Below are positions 36,125-49,681 of a DNA stretch of 64,000 nt, piece by piece. The translations under genes and the position numbers were made by a program. The stretch lies in assembly GCA_001244265.2 (NCBI GenBank), contig CDLV01000009.1, positions 992,001 to 1,056,000 of the forward strand, read 5' to 3'. The notes beneath the pieces are model-generated. The model had not been told where the DNA came from. It saw only the letters and a program-made list of their open reading frames with translations, and ran no database searches. The DNA comes from Microbotryum violaceum (lineage: Eukaryota). Each line of letters begins with the position of its first letter. Positions within the stretch are counted from its first letter, which is position 1.

Positions 36125-38566
36125 CTACCAGACCCAGTCATCGTGTTGTGCGCTCAGCCTCGAGATGACATGTTCAATCTGTCAAGTGGATGCATGCATA
36201 AGAACAGGTGTAAGTCGCATGGCAAAGTTCATGCGGTTCCCGCCGGAGCTCTCACCTCGTTGCGCAGCTCGGCGCACAAGAGATCGAGGGGCAAGTCGGA
36301 ATCATCGAGCTTTTCATGCAATGACGTTTCAGGGAAGTGTCAGCGCGAAGCGGAAGAACCGAGAAGTTGAAAACGTAGTGGCTTACTCCGAACGGCTGCG
36401 ATTTTAGTAGGCCGGGCAGCAGGAGGATCAGCAGTCAGCTCGGCTTCATGAATCCGTCAAACTCCTGAACCCATCTCATCGAGGAGCACTCACCATTTCG
36501 ATCTCGGACGCAATTCCCTCGATACCCATCAATGTGAAGGCGCACAAAGTCACAAATGGAACCATCTTCCAACCCATGATTTCGACCAGTGTAAAAGGGA
36601 GTGTGAGTAGGTAAAGTGAAGTACTCTGTTTAAGATCTGTTCAATTTCGACGCGATGCGCGCCATGACATCGTCAGTTCATAGTGCTAGTCTCCCCATGA
36701 CCTGAAACATCGTGACTCACGAATTCCGTATACGGGTGGGATGGGAATTACGGCCAGTCTCTCGACAGTGGTGAAGCAGTCGGTCAGGGTGGAGACCGAT
36801 GCCGACATGGCGTTGTAACCTGCTGGACCGATGGACTAGTCGTGCCCAAGTGAAGAACGTAGTCAGAGGCAATTCGAACTCAGAGGCAAAATCGAACCCC
36901 AAGGCAAGATGATATCACGCATCTCACCTCCAAGAGCCCTTTTTTCTTGCACACAGCCAGATACAGACCGAGTTGATGCGTAATTAAAAGCGGAAGAGGG
37001 ATGCTAGGCTTGGCGAGCGAGTCGTTGAGAATAACCGCCGAATGGGTCGAGACGTGGGACGTCGAACGATGAAGCAAGGGCGTTCGCTCCTCGTTCAAAG
37101 TATGCGAATGATGATGAGGAGACGTTGGGGTTTGGGGTGATTTAGGCGGAGGGCGAAGGGAAGGCATGGAAGCGAGTCGACGGATCTCTTGGGCGATCGC
37201 TTCGGGAGCACGGGGTGAGGCCGCGGAAACGGTTGCTGAACCTGCAGCGTCAGCTACGGACACCACCATTCGGGCATCAGCTTTTGCACGGTGACAGTTA
37301 AGAACTGATTCTGAGAGCCCTCACCTTCTGCCGCGCCCCATCCAAACCCGGTCGTCCCCACGATCTCCTTGAACTTTGAAGGCAGCAATGCCGAAAGATC
37401 TTCGTAATCCGTTCCGTATTCGCCTCGAAGATGATGTTTCGTGGCGACCTGTTTGCAGAAGTTCCAATAACCTACAGTCGGTACAGTTTCAATAAAGCCG
37501 TGTGATATCTCCAGGACTGACCACAACAGCCACCATCAACCTCAGTGCTTTGACCTTGGCATTGTGACCTCTTTCGGTCAAGTCCGGGTCGTTGCTAGCG
37601 ATCTGGGACCCATCTCGCTCGAATTTGGGTGGAGCGGCAGCGCCTACGTTGATCCAGACCGAGCGAGAGAGGCACCGCGTGATCGAGATCTGTGTGATGA
37701 CGAATGAGTGCGATCCCACAAACTATTCTGATCAGCGTCTGTCGCGTAGATGTTCTCTCGAGGTGCCGGGCGATGTATGGGTGTGAAATTAAACCTAAGA
37801 AGAACTGACGAGCGTTGAAAAAGCCTTTCGTCCCTCATCCCACCTCTGGAACGCACTCGAGTTGCGGAAGACCCTGTGTGTGACGATGAGTGTAGAGTGA
37901 CGGAACGAAATTCAGTCGGGTAACCTTTGAAGATGGACCGCCGAGTGCCAGAAGTGCGGCGAGAGCCAGGTATTCCACTGACAATAAGAGACCCACGACG
38001 ACCGAGAGGAGTGGTGTGACATTGTTCGTCAAGCCGAGGCGTTGCTGATAGTTGAACTCCAAGACGGCGATCAGAGCGGCCCACAACGTAATGATGGTAA
38101 TGGCACGCCAGATCCGGGGCCAGGTCGATCCTTTGATCCTTCGGACGTCACTCCACCATCCTACTTTGGAGGTGCGTACGCGGCGGGAATCGATCTCCTC
38201 CGCCTTGGCGAGCGCTGATAATGCCGAGAAGGGCTGGGCTGCGCGCGGGGGAGAGGCAGACAGGGGTCGACTGATCAGCGGGGACAGGTTCGAGGATTAA
38301 TACAACGCATGCGTCGTAAATTGAATTCGATATTTCTAGATATATCGCCGTGGTGTCGAGACGTGTGTGACGAATCCATTACTGGCTTTCACTGTTTGAA
38401 GGCCCCGGTCATAGTGTCGTGTTCCCCCCTCCCCCACTTGAAGCTTGAAGCACGGTGCGCGTACCTTACGCGGCGACACGTACGGCGTGAGCAGCTCACT
38501 AACGGAACAAGAGGTGTACTCACGCAGAGAGGCAAACGCAGGAAGGACAGAGTGTACAGTATCCAT
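36125..38566 (-). CDS. Bestrophin-like (UPF0187/YneE) putative anion channel
   Basis: Spliced translation LLSVVVGLLLVFRNSSAFQRWDEGRKAF, TKHHLRGE, VERLAVIPIPPVYGIHLKQ, MGIEGIASEIEM|PFG|LDDSDLPLDLLC. Confidence 0.9.
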
Positions 38567-38999
38567 TGTGGCGGTGGGAACAAGCCCAAGCGGCGGCCAC
38601 CAGTAGTACAACAGGAACCAAGCGGCCTCAGGTCGGGCGGGCGTCGGGCGAGTCGGTGCCGATCGCACTAAATAGATCAGTACTAGATCACTACTAGATC
38701 GGATTTAGAGCGCACTCTGATAGCGCCGCCGGCACCGCGCCTCCGCGTACCTCCCTTGCACCTTTTGCCACGTTCGGACCCTCGTTGAACATCGTATCGC
38801 ATCACGACAGGTCGATCTTTGCACTGCCTTTGGTCGATCTCACATCGGACGTGCTCGCTGCCTCCCGTCTTGATCGCCACTCCTCTGCTTCCCCCGCCGC
38901 ACCCCCACGACGTCATCTCGGATCGACCCAGCCCACCACCCGCAGTCCATCTTATCGTTCCGGGCACCCACCACCCACCACCCACCACCCGCGTACACC

Positions 39000-41346
39000 A
39001 TGTTCCACTCTTCTCAGCCCTTGATCAAGTCGGAACCGTCTCCTTCCGCCTCGGGATCTCTAACCGATGCCACCTCACTCAAGCCGGCACCCTCGCCGAC
39101 TCCGCCCGTCTCGACGCCCCAAGGCTCCTACACCGACTTTGTGCTACGTTCCTCCGCACCTGGTTCGCAAACGGGGTGGAAGTACAACGTCATGAAGTTC
39201 GCTGCGCTCGCCAACAAGTCTGTTGACCCTTTGGACGAGAGCGAGTTCGTGAGACCGTTGAGGTTGAACCGAAAGGATCCGCGTACGGTGCGACGCTTGA
39301 CCGATCAGGAGAGGGAGAAGATTAGGAACAAGTCTATGGGCTTGTTGGATGAGGACGGGAACCTCATCGATCAGAGTACTGTGGATGGAGTCAAGAAGGA
39401 GGGTGAGGCCGCCGCCGCCGCCGCCGCCGCCGAACCGGCCAAGGAAGCCATCAACCCCGATCTCGTAGGTACAGGCGTCACGGGTGCTCTTGCACCGCAG
39501 CAACAACGACAAAAGAAACATGGGGGTCGGTTTGAGAAAAAGATCAAGCGCGTCTTTGTCAGCTCCGAGGAATCAAGAAGGCTTCGGAGAGAAGAATGGC
39601 AGCCGTGGGTGCTCGAGGACGATGAGGGCAACGAGAGGTGGATCGGACGACTCGAGGGTGGGGCGAGTGAAAGATCGATGGCGATCGAACAAGAGAAGAA
39701 GAGGCAAGAGTTGGAGAACAAGGGGCAAGCGACCATGGCAGGGTGGAGGCCGGCGAGCGAAGGATCAGCTACCGGTGGTGGGGGATCGAGTTATGTTGCG
39801 TTCGTCTTCGGTCCCGACGGGGACGAGTTCCAAGTCGTGCCCATTCATCGGTGGTACAAGTTCTCTCAGGGTCCCAGATATGTCACCCTGGGCAACGACG
39901 AAGCGGAAGCAGAGGTAGGGCACCACTTCACCGTGAAAGCTTGCATCGGCATTCTAACCGAGCCCATTACTCGCCCTCTCTCTCTTCGCTCCCGCTTACA
40001 GTATGAGCGACAACAAAAGTCTCACGAAGCAGAACGGTGGATGATGCACAAGCGCAATCCGAACCATGCTTCGTCCTCGACAGGCCAAGGCAGCCGCCCC
40101 CCCAGTGGCGCAGCGACACCCCACCTCCCACTAGGCGACGACGGTGGTCTACCCCGTCTGCCTACGGACATCAAACCGCGGATCAAGCGCGAAACCTCCG
40201 CGGAGCCTTCGACGATCCGATCTCGTCTTCTTGACAAGTCTGAGCTCTCGGGGCGTCGTGCGGGATCGGAAGCGCGTAGTGCTGCGGCGGGTCGACCCAA
40301 GCTCAGGAGCGTCGATACGGGTAGTCGAGCGGAGAATGATGATGATGAGTTGTACGGAAGAAAGCGGGGCGACGAGGGCAGGGGACAGGATCAAGATGAT
40401 GATGAGTTTGACTATGATGAGGAGTTTCAGGATGATGAGGAGGGGGTGGCGAAGATTGATGATTTGGCGGATGAGCAAGAGACCAAGGAGCTCGAGGTGC
40501 GTGGGTCACTTGCTACCTGTCACACTCATGCTCACTTCGGTAAATTGCTCCCACCTACCACAGGAGCGCATTCGTAAAGAGATGCGAGCCGTCGAACGAG
40601 CGGCCTCGGAGCCCGAGGAAGACGACGACGATGAAGAGCACCTGACCGCCACGGGCAAGGATCTCAAACGTCTCGTCAGGAAGCAGGACCAAGATGGCAT
40701 CTACGGGTCCGACGACGATGACGATCTCTCTTCTTCCGATTCCTCCGTTGCAGAAGACGACGATTCCAAATCCGTCACTTCGGCCAGTGGGGATCCTTCG
40801 ACCCCACGTCCCGCATCGCAACAACAGCAGCAGAACAAACCCCGCCCTTCGACGGACTCGATCCATCGCACGCATTCATCGTCGTCTTCTCGCCCTCATT
40901 CGACACAGACTTCTCGGCACCCTTCTCGAGCGGCTTCCCCTTCGTCCGGGTCGGCGTTGTTGGCCAAACGAGCTACTTCGCCTACGCGGTCGAACCCCGG
41001 TAGTCGAGCGACGTCACCAAACCCTTCAGGGAACGGAGCGAATGGTAAAAGGAAGCGGGATGACCATGATGGATTTTCGAAGCGCCGTGCTCTTTCACCT
41101 TCCGCCGGTACGGCAGCAGTAGGAGGATGGGACGCCCCATCCGACGCCTTGATCGAAGACCGTCACTTGATCGATTTTTTTAAGACCAAAGCTTCGGAAC
41201 CTAACAAGTCGACGACGAAGGAAGTGTTGAATTACTTTAGGAGGCAACTCAAGGGAAATGAGAAGAACAAGGAGAGGATCAAGGGGGCGCTGCATAATGT
41301 CGCGAGTATGCAGGACAAGTTTTTGGTGCTCAAGGCGGGAATGTAG
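39000..41346 (+). CDS. TFG1: Transcription initiation factor IIF large subunit (Tfg1/RAP74)
   Basis: YNVMKF, PLRLNRKDPR, RRLRREEWQPWVLED, FQVVPIHRWYKF, acidic FDYDEEFQDDEE, C-terminal winged-helix-like segment. Confidence 0.9.
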
Positions 41347-41881
41347 AGCTTCTCTGAGAGGGAGGAGCGTAGAGGAAGAGTCGTAGATGAGATGGGCTTT
41401 GTTGTGATCCTCGTAGCCGAAAAGCTACTTTCATGGTCGTGCTTGCGATGCCAGTTCGCTCTCTCTGATCGGCGCTGACGATGGTAGGAGGACCGCAAAC
41501 GACGGGATGTGATTAACAGAATAATAAGCTTCGAAGAGGGAAAGCAGAAACCCGAAATTAGAGAATGAAGTTGGAGGAACATCGTGGAAGAGAGTGTGGA
41601 GGAAGGACGAGGGCTACGAAAGACCTGGTCGAAGTGATCCAGCCCTGACTTTGTCGGGAGCAAAAGTCGAAGAAAAGGTTGCACAAAGGCAAGAGATATA
41701 TGTGAAGGAGTGAGGAAGATCGCATTTGAGTCGTGGAGAAGATCGTTCTCCACACCAGCACCGAACGAGAGAAAGATAGGAGGGGGGCTCCTTTCTATTA
41801 TATTGCGCCATCCGCCCCTTCTATGCGGTCGTTACGAACTCGGGAAGAGAAACAAAAAGCCGAGCAAACGAAAGTTTCCGA

Positions 41882-43858
41882 TCATGTCGAGACTGCTGTC
41901 GTCGTTGTTCCAGCTTCAATAGGTTTTGCCAAAGCGGAGGCATCGGCGTCGGGGTCGGTGGATCCATTCTCGACTTGGTGAGAAGCCGATTCGTCCGAAA
42001 CCACTTGTTGTGCGTCATTCTGCTCCTTCTCCTTCTTGACCTTCTCGAGAATGGAGGGATCGTTCCAGGGCCCAGCATCGGACATGGAACACCCTTGCGA
42101 GCACTGACAGGTTCCACCGAGGAAGGTCGGCAACGATTCGGCGGGAACTTGCTCGAGTAGGCTCTTTTTGTAGTCCGACGAGAGGATGTGGATCTTGGCG
42201 ACGGTCGCTTCGTCGAGCCAGCCCTTGACGAGGTTCCATACAGTCGAGAAGGCCCAAGATGCGTTGACGATGTAGAACTTGCCCATCTGTTTGGAAGTGC
42301 GATGAGACTGTGGTCAGCTTTATTATGTTCTTCATACAGGTCCCGAGAGCTACGCACCCTTTCCGGGTAGTTATTTTGCGAGACTGAAGCAGGAAGAAAA
42401 AAACGCACGTGATCAAAGCGCCGCCCATCAGATTTGAGCCAGTCCGCTTTACTCACTGGCAGAAGCCTCCTGAACATAGTTCTTGACACTCCAGAACGAG
42501 CTCATGCCGACTCCCTTAAGATCCATGATGGTGCACGAGGTCTCGATAAGGTGGCCGGCCAAAGCGGAGCAGACGGGGAGACGGTCGCGTTGGAATTTCT
42601 CGTATTCGACGACGAGCGATTGCATTTGTCGTTCAGGGGTGGTAACCTCGTACAGCTTCTTTAGGTCAAGCTTGCCGAGTTGCTCGATGTACAACGGTCG
42701 GCCGTCCTGGAGAAGAGAATGGACAAGCGTAAGTCACGGTGAGATGTTGTTCGGCTGCACTTGACGTATCCAACGGACCTTGTCCGTCTTGTGGTAGAAC
42801 CTGGAGGGGAAGGGTAGACAGGTCAATAGACGAGAGAGAGACCCAAGAACAAAGATCAAGACAACGTACCTCGGGTAAAGCTTGTCGACCTCTGCCTTCT
42901 CCTTGTACTCGAACGTTTCGTAGAGCTCGTCGACCTTGAAGCTCTTGCGCCAGTTCTGGGTGTCGATCCACATGATCTTGGCCTTTGGGATGTCGAACTT
43001 GCGGGCACGGAGGAAGCGACTGTGGGAAAGGGGTGTATAAGCTTGGGCCGTGGGCTGCGGTAATAGGGGCTTGTCGGTTCGAGGGAGCGCGGTATGTGCA
43101 CGAGATGGATGACGGCGCGTGGGATGCACGTGGATCTGCACGCGTCAGAGTCACGATCGCCTTTGCTTTAAAGGGCTACGCCATCGCTCATGATCGAAAA
43201 TGTGTCGGCCGGATATCGCCAAGGACTGGTGTGTACGCAAAAACAAAGAAGGGGGGGGGGAAGAGTCGAAAAAGGTGGGGTCGGTTCACACGCACAGCAA
43301 TTCCGGGTCATCGTTCTTGGCCGGGTCGTAGTAGCCGGCCTCGGACAATTCCTTCTTGAACTGTGGGGAGGTGGGGAGGGGGAGAGAGATCAGATGTGTG
43401 TATGCGTGAGCCAATTTGTGAGGTATAGCGAGGTGGTAGCCGGTCGTCGATCGAAAGAGAACGGACGACGCGAGCACGGGGAAAGCGAGTCCGTCTGCGC
43501 TGGCGGAGTTGGGCGACCGACGCGTGCGAGCGAGCGAACTGAACGAACTGAACTGAACTGACCTTCTCGAGGATGTGTTGCTGTTCGACCGAAAGATGGC
43601 CGGGGTGACCCGAGAGCAGATCCTGTGTGGGAGGTGGGAGAGGACGTCGTCAGCAGTGCATGGGGGTCCGATCCAACTGCATTGGTTCGACGCCGTCAAG
43701 CGCCACGCCATCGCACCATCGCACCACACACAGCTAGCAACCCGCGCCAGAGAGGCAGCCAGCTGACAGGGATCCAGAGCGAACGATTGACTGACCCTCG
43801 AAGGCGCCTGATTCTGCGCCGAGTGAGTCGAACGAGCCGAGCTGTGCAGTGAAACCAT
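41882..43858 (-). CDS. SEC14: Sec14-family phosphatidylinositol/phosphatidylcholine transfer protein (CRAL-TRIO)
   Basis: GHPGHLSVEQQHILEKFKKEL, LLRFLRARKFD, YP..FYHKTDKDGRP, YIEQLG, ETSCTIMDLKGVG, QNNYPE..MGKFYIVNA, LPTFLGGTC, SDAGPW. Confidence 0.95.
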
Positions 43859-44923
43859 TTCGGAGTGGCCTGGACGGTCGGGCTGGAGTGAGAGAACGGG
43901 AAGCGGGCGGAGCGCGTTCAAGCAGCGAGTGGTGAACGCAGGGGAAAGAGGGTGAGGGGTCAGGCCGGTCTCAGGTCCGGTTGGTCGGTCGATTGATGGG
44001 TGACCCGTTCGACCCGGTTCGACCCAAGCGAGCGAGCCCTCTCGAAGCGCTGTTGGGTGCGCGAGGGGCGTGCTAATGAGCGCCGAGCATTACACTAATT
44101 GGGAATCCAAAGCGCCCTGTTACCCAGCATCTATCTACACCCATGGCCGCCTCCCCTCCGCCTCCGCCTCCCCCACGCTCGGAGCAACCCCTCGCCCGTT
44201 TCGAGCTGACAAGCCGCCCGCCACCACCCACATCCGGCCAGCTCGGAGTGCTGAGCGCTCGCTCGCCGACTGCTGTGTTTTGGTGTGCACCGCCTAGGTG
44301 TAGGTGTGCTTCCGGCAGCGATTACTCGGTCACTCCGGACCTTTCGCTCGTCTTACTTCCCCAGCTTGGAATCACCACGCGTCTGCGCTAGTTCTTCGCT
44401 CCGGCGGCTAGAGTGATTTTGAGTACCTTAGCTCGGACCGCAACGTTAACCTCAGCCTCAACCTCCCTCCCCGAGGTTTCGTCCCCTCTCGCAATCCCTC
44501 TCGCATAGCAGACAATGTCAGTCATCCCGCATCCCATTTCGTCGCTCGTCTTTTTCGTTGCCCGGTGCTCTGCCAGCGTGGTCGCTTTCAGCCGCTTTCA
44601 GCTTCGGCTTCTTTGGGGCGTGTCTCGGTCGGCTCGCTCGCCTGTCTCACAACCCACCTTCAGCGGCACCGAGCCAAGTGCAGCGCAGTCAGAATGATCC
44701 ATCACTCAGTCCAAGCTGATCAGGTGCCCCCTTTCCTATTCAACAGCTCCCTCTGCACCGCTTCGCCCCGACCCCGACCGAGGAGATCAGCTCTCGTCCC
44801 CCAAGGCCACCAACCAAGCCCGTCCCAATCACGATCCCCGCCTAATTCATCCACCCTCTCCGCAGAACCGGATCTAGTAGCCGCAGCTGTACATCCTCTT
44901 TCGCACGCAGAGCATCATCCACC

Positions 44924-47900
44924 ATGGCTACCACCAGCGAGGATATCGTCTATGCACTGCACGACTTTGAGGCCGAGAACGAAGAGTGAGCATCCACCCC
45001 TTCCCCCCGATCGATCATGCTCAAAGCTCAAATCCCTGTTGGATGCCGAACCCAACATGACTGATCCCTCCGTTCGATGTGTCGTTGCAGTGAGCTGTCG
45101 TTTGCGATGGGTTCCAAGATTGTGATTCTAGAGCGCGATGACCAGTACGGAGATGGGTGGTATCAGGTTCGTGTCTTCCCCTCGGCCTTCTTCATCTCTC
45201 GTAATCACCTCGGAGCAAGCATCGGACCGGACTGACGCCCCACTAAACCATGTACACAGGGTCAAAATGAAGCCGGCGAGGTTGGCCTCTTCCCCCAATC
45301 CTACACCTCCATCAGCCCCCCTTCGCCCGAAGAAGACGACGATGACGCTTCGCTTGCCGAGTCTGGTCGTCACTCGCCCGTGCCCGTCATCGCGGCCAAC
45401 ATGAACGAGGTGCAGCAAGCGCTCGCCTCACTGCAAGTACGACGAGCCGCCAATCTCGAACCAGCGGTGGCCCAATCAGGCGACTCGTCGTCCGAAGACG
45501 AACTCGACGAGGGCAAAAGCATTGCCGAGCGCGGGAGCGTCCGACCCAATGGCTCCCATGCCGAAGTCGGAGTGAATCACCGAGCCGCTCTGGCGGCAAC
45601 GGCCGCGTTGAATGCGGAGCGAGCAGCACGAGAGGAACGCGAACGAGAGGAGCAGCGCAGGAAAGACGACGAGGCCGCGTACGAGCGATCACGGCAGGAG
45701 GGACTCGTCGAAGGGCTGCAGCTCAGTGACGAGAGCGACGACGAAGCGGGTCTTCCGCTCCCTCTTACGGTCCCGCTTCTCCCAACAACCCTCCCCGCTG
45801 CCTCGACAAAGTTCGCCGCTCTATCCGGATCGGAAGTAACCCCCGCCGTCCTTGTATCCAACGGCGACTTTCCGCACGAGCCGGTCACCACGAACGGTTC
45901 AGTCGATGCCGCAGCTTTTGTCTCGTCGGATAACCCCGTCTCACGCGATCTCGAGTCGTTGTCCACCTATGCCGAGTCTGCGTACTCCGAAGCTTCGGTC
46001 GCTGAGGAGGCCGTCGACGACGCCGTTCCTGCGGCCACCGGGATCGACAACGGACTTGACTCGATCACCATTGATCCCTCGCATGCACCCATCCTCGCCA
46101 GCGCTCGATCTTTTTCCAGCCTGCCTACAACAGCTTCCGCCGCCGCCGTTTCCCAACCAGCTCTCGAGTCGGCCGCCCCGATGCCCCAGGCCTCCAGTGC
46201 TTCTGATCATGTACCTCTCCTGGCCGGGGCTGGCCTTGCTACTGGTGCCGTTGCCGCCGGTGTCGCCGCTCATCATGCCTTCGCAAGCAACGAGCACCTT
46301 TCAAAAGCTGTCAAAGCCAACTCCTCGGCAGCAGCGCGCGCAGTGACCCCGGACTCGGTTCTACCACCGTCGATAACTTCTACGCCTGTGGCTTTACCCG
46401 TGGCTTTATCCGTGGCTTTACCCGTGGCTGCCGTCGTGTCGCCAGGTCCCAACTCAGGCCGCATCCTCTCCCCGAGCCAGTCAAGCTTATCGATTTCGAC
46501 GCGTGCAGGCAGTGGCAGCGTGACCGACGCCACCACGAACGGGACGTCACATGCCGCCGGCTCACTGCCGTACGACCCTCGAGTGTGGGGCGTCAACGAA
46601 GTGTGCGAATGGGCGACAAGCAAAGGGTTTGATGCGTTGACGTTGGCCAAGTTCCGCGAGCATGAGATCTCGGGTGACGTCCTCGTCGAAATGGACGTGG
46701 CGATGCTCAAAGAGATCGACCTTGTGGCCTTTGGACGACGGGTGCACATCTACAACGCTATCAAGGAGCTCAAGGGGCGAATCGCACCGCGCGGTAACGC
46801 TTTGTCTCCGACCGGGTCGGGGTATGAACCCGATACACCGAGCACGATGGGTTATGCGACTCCGGCGACGTACCATCCGACGACGTTTGGTTCTTCGGGT
46901 CAACGAGCTATGGGGTTCGAAATGCATGGCTTGGGTCTTGATGGCTCGTCGGACCAGCACCGACGTCCGATGTCGTTCCGGACCTCCTCGGATGGGCCAT
47001 CGCGGTCAGCCTCGCAAACACATCTCAACGACTTGCAATCGTCGCAAAACTCGTCGCTGCATTCATCCGGAATGGTCGGCGCCGATCTGGGCGCAGCACA
47101 ACACCACGGTCTGATCCATCGTCGATCGTACACGGGAGATACGGGTCGAGAAAGTCTTGGAGCCGATGCCGCGATCCCGGAAGAAGTTGAGGACTCCCCT
47201 GTACCGGGTAACAAGACGTCGACGAATGCGACGCCGGTCCTCGGCGCGGTCGGCGCCAGTTCGCTCCGCGCAGCCAAGTTCCAGATTCAACCCAGATCCG
47301 CACATCGTGTCTCGGATTCTGAGATCAGTCTTCCTCCCAGTCCAACTCACAGCTCTTCGACGAAGGGCACGAGAAAGGACAGCGGTGATCGCACGTTCTT
47401 TGGCGCCATCGCGCGAGCGAGGAAACCGCCGCCGAGGGTCTCAAATTCGGACTCGGTCGCCTCGGGTTTGAGCAGTGAAGGTGCGACCTCGACGACGGCT
47501 CGACCGGGGAGGGCCAAGTCGGCATTGACTCAGGCGAGGCGTACGACGAGGTTGTTTGGTTCCTTCGGTACCCAGAGTGCGGAGGGCGGTCGGTCGTCGA
47601 ACGAGCGTGTTGGGACACTCAATGTGTCAAAGGCATCGGCGAAAAATAAGCGAGTGAGTGGTATCTCGGCGACGCGCGATGCGCCCTCGAGTATGTCTCC
47701 CAAAGCCGTCGACGCTGTGGGAAGCGAGATGATGCGCAAGGAAGTCGAGTCCGTTGCCCCCGGCGCGAACTTGATGGAGAAGATCGGGACGCCGGACTAC
47801 TCGGGTTGGATGCAGAAAAAGGGCGAGAAGTACAACACATGGAAGCAGAGGTTCTTTGTTCTCAAGGGAACACACCTCTATTACCTCAAGTCTGAAAGCG

Positions 47901-48986
47901 AGCAACGTGTCAAGGGCGTCATCAACCTCAAAGGCTACCGCGTCATCACCGATCCGAACATTCACCCAGGAGAATACGCGTTCAAGATCGTACATGACCG
48001 CGAGCGCTCGCATTTGTTCAGCGCTCGCGAGCAGTACACCGTTCGCAATTGGATGCGCGAGATCATCAAGGCGACTATTGTGCGCAATTACAACGACCCC
48101 GTCGTGTCCTCTTGTGATATCGATACCATGCCGCTCACCATCGCTCAGTCTATGTACCCACCACCTCGACCACCCTCGCCCACCGAACGTGCGCGCGTTC
48201 AGAAGGAGCGATGTGAGTTCAAACGCGGTCGGTTCGTCGGAGGCACGCCCACGATTGACACTTCATTTTATCTGACACTTGACAGACGGCGATGCCAACC
48301 CCAACACTCTCACTCCAGCGGATGCTCAAAAATTGATGGAGTTCTCAGCCGGCTCAACCTTGATGCCGGACCGCGGCACGGGTTCGACTGGTCGCCGAAC
48401 TTCGACGGCACCGGATGCTGGCCGTCGCGCCTCCGTCAGCAACCTCGCCTCCGGTACCCGCCCCGGAGCTCTCCCCGCGATCCCGACACAGTCTGCGTCC
48501 GTCGCCAAAAGCCCTTCGAATGGATCGAGAAATCTTCCCGCGCCGTCGATCGCACCGGCTGTTCCTTCCGAGGCCGAGAAAGCCGCTCTACTTGCCTGGG
48601 TCAACGCCAATCTGCCATCCTCGACGCCGCTCGCGACAGACTTGGGCGCCTCGCTCAGTTCGGGTCAAACTCTCGTTCGACTGGTCGAGAGCTTGAGCGG
48701 CAAGCCGAGCAACATTTCGGATGCCGATTTCGCCAAGCACAAGCCTGCTTCGTCAGGATTGACGATGGACGTCGGGTACTTTGATACCGTGTTCAACGTG
48801 TTTGACTACCTCTCGCCAATTGTGTCGAGTAAGTCGAGTTTTGCCTGCGAGCTAGAGTTTGCGGACCGGCGCTGACTGGGGTACATTCTTGCAGCGGATG
48901 AGATCTCTATGTCGGACTTGCTCTCCGGGAACGACGCTCGTCTCAGTCTGCTCGTGGCGAGGATCAAGACCATCTTTGATCCGTAA
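44924..48986 (+). CDS. Boi1/Boi2/Pob1-like polarity scaffold (SH3-SAM-PH) with C-terminal calponin-homology-like domain
   Basis: SH3 VYALHDFEAENEDELSF...DGWYQG...GLFPQSY; SAM WGVNEVCEW...FREHEISGDVLVEMD...FGRR; PH PDYSGWMQKKGEKYNTWKQRFFVLKG; RPPSP; CH-like LLAWVNANLP...DLGASLSSGQTLVRLVESLSGK. Confidence 0.9.
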
Positions 48987-49681
48987 AGATTTGCTCCTCG
49001 TCGCCACCCCTCGGCTATAGCGTGGCCAGCGTGCGATTGTAATACCCTGCCACAACAGATGTACCGTTTCCCCAAAAAATAATCGGGAATCTGCTTCATC
49101 AATTCATCCTCTCTCTTTTCCTTGCCTGTTCCTATTTTGCTTTGTGGGGCTTTCCTTCTTCTTTTGACTCTACTCTACTACTTTCCGTCCCTCTAATGCA
49201 CCGGTCTGCTCTCCGCTCCATTTCGATTACCTTTCTCTCCAGGAATGGACTCTTGTAATGTTTAAGAGTGTTTGTCATCCACTTTCACAGCCCTCTTGAT
49301 GGAAAGGGAGAGGAGAGGAGCACGTTTAGGGGCTTTACATATTGAATTAGGAGACGATCCTAGGATGCCGCCTTGGCGTAGGTGTCCAACAGCCGAACCC
49401 TTGCCGAACCCTTGCGAAAACAAGCGCTACCTTTTTTTTTTCCCCTTCCGCGCTCTTGCTTTCCCTTTCCCCTCTTCACACTCGCAGGGTTGAAAACTGC
49501 TTCTCGGTTTACTTTTCTCTTACACCACCTGCTCATCTCGACTGGTGCGTCATGAGATACTCCCTCGGCGGATACTCGCCCGGGCGTGACCGTTTCGACT
49601 CCTGATTGACTCTTCACCCCTGATCAACCAGTAGCCGTAGCCGTCTCTCTTTTACGTCGCCCCCCCACGTCCACACTCACC

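Noticed and set aside
37254-37330. Apparent frameshift in the bestrophin gene
   Set aside because: Explained by a normal phase-1 intron (GTGAGG...CCGTAG).
43960-44030. tRNA-like GGTTCGA motif
   Set aside because: No cloverleaf, acceptor stem or A-box could be formed.
46384-46428. 12-bp tandem repeat in the Boi-like gene
   Set aside because: An ordinary in-frame slippage repeat (PVAL/SVAL) in a disordered linker.
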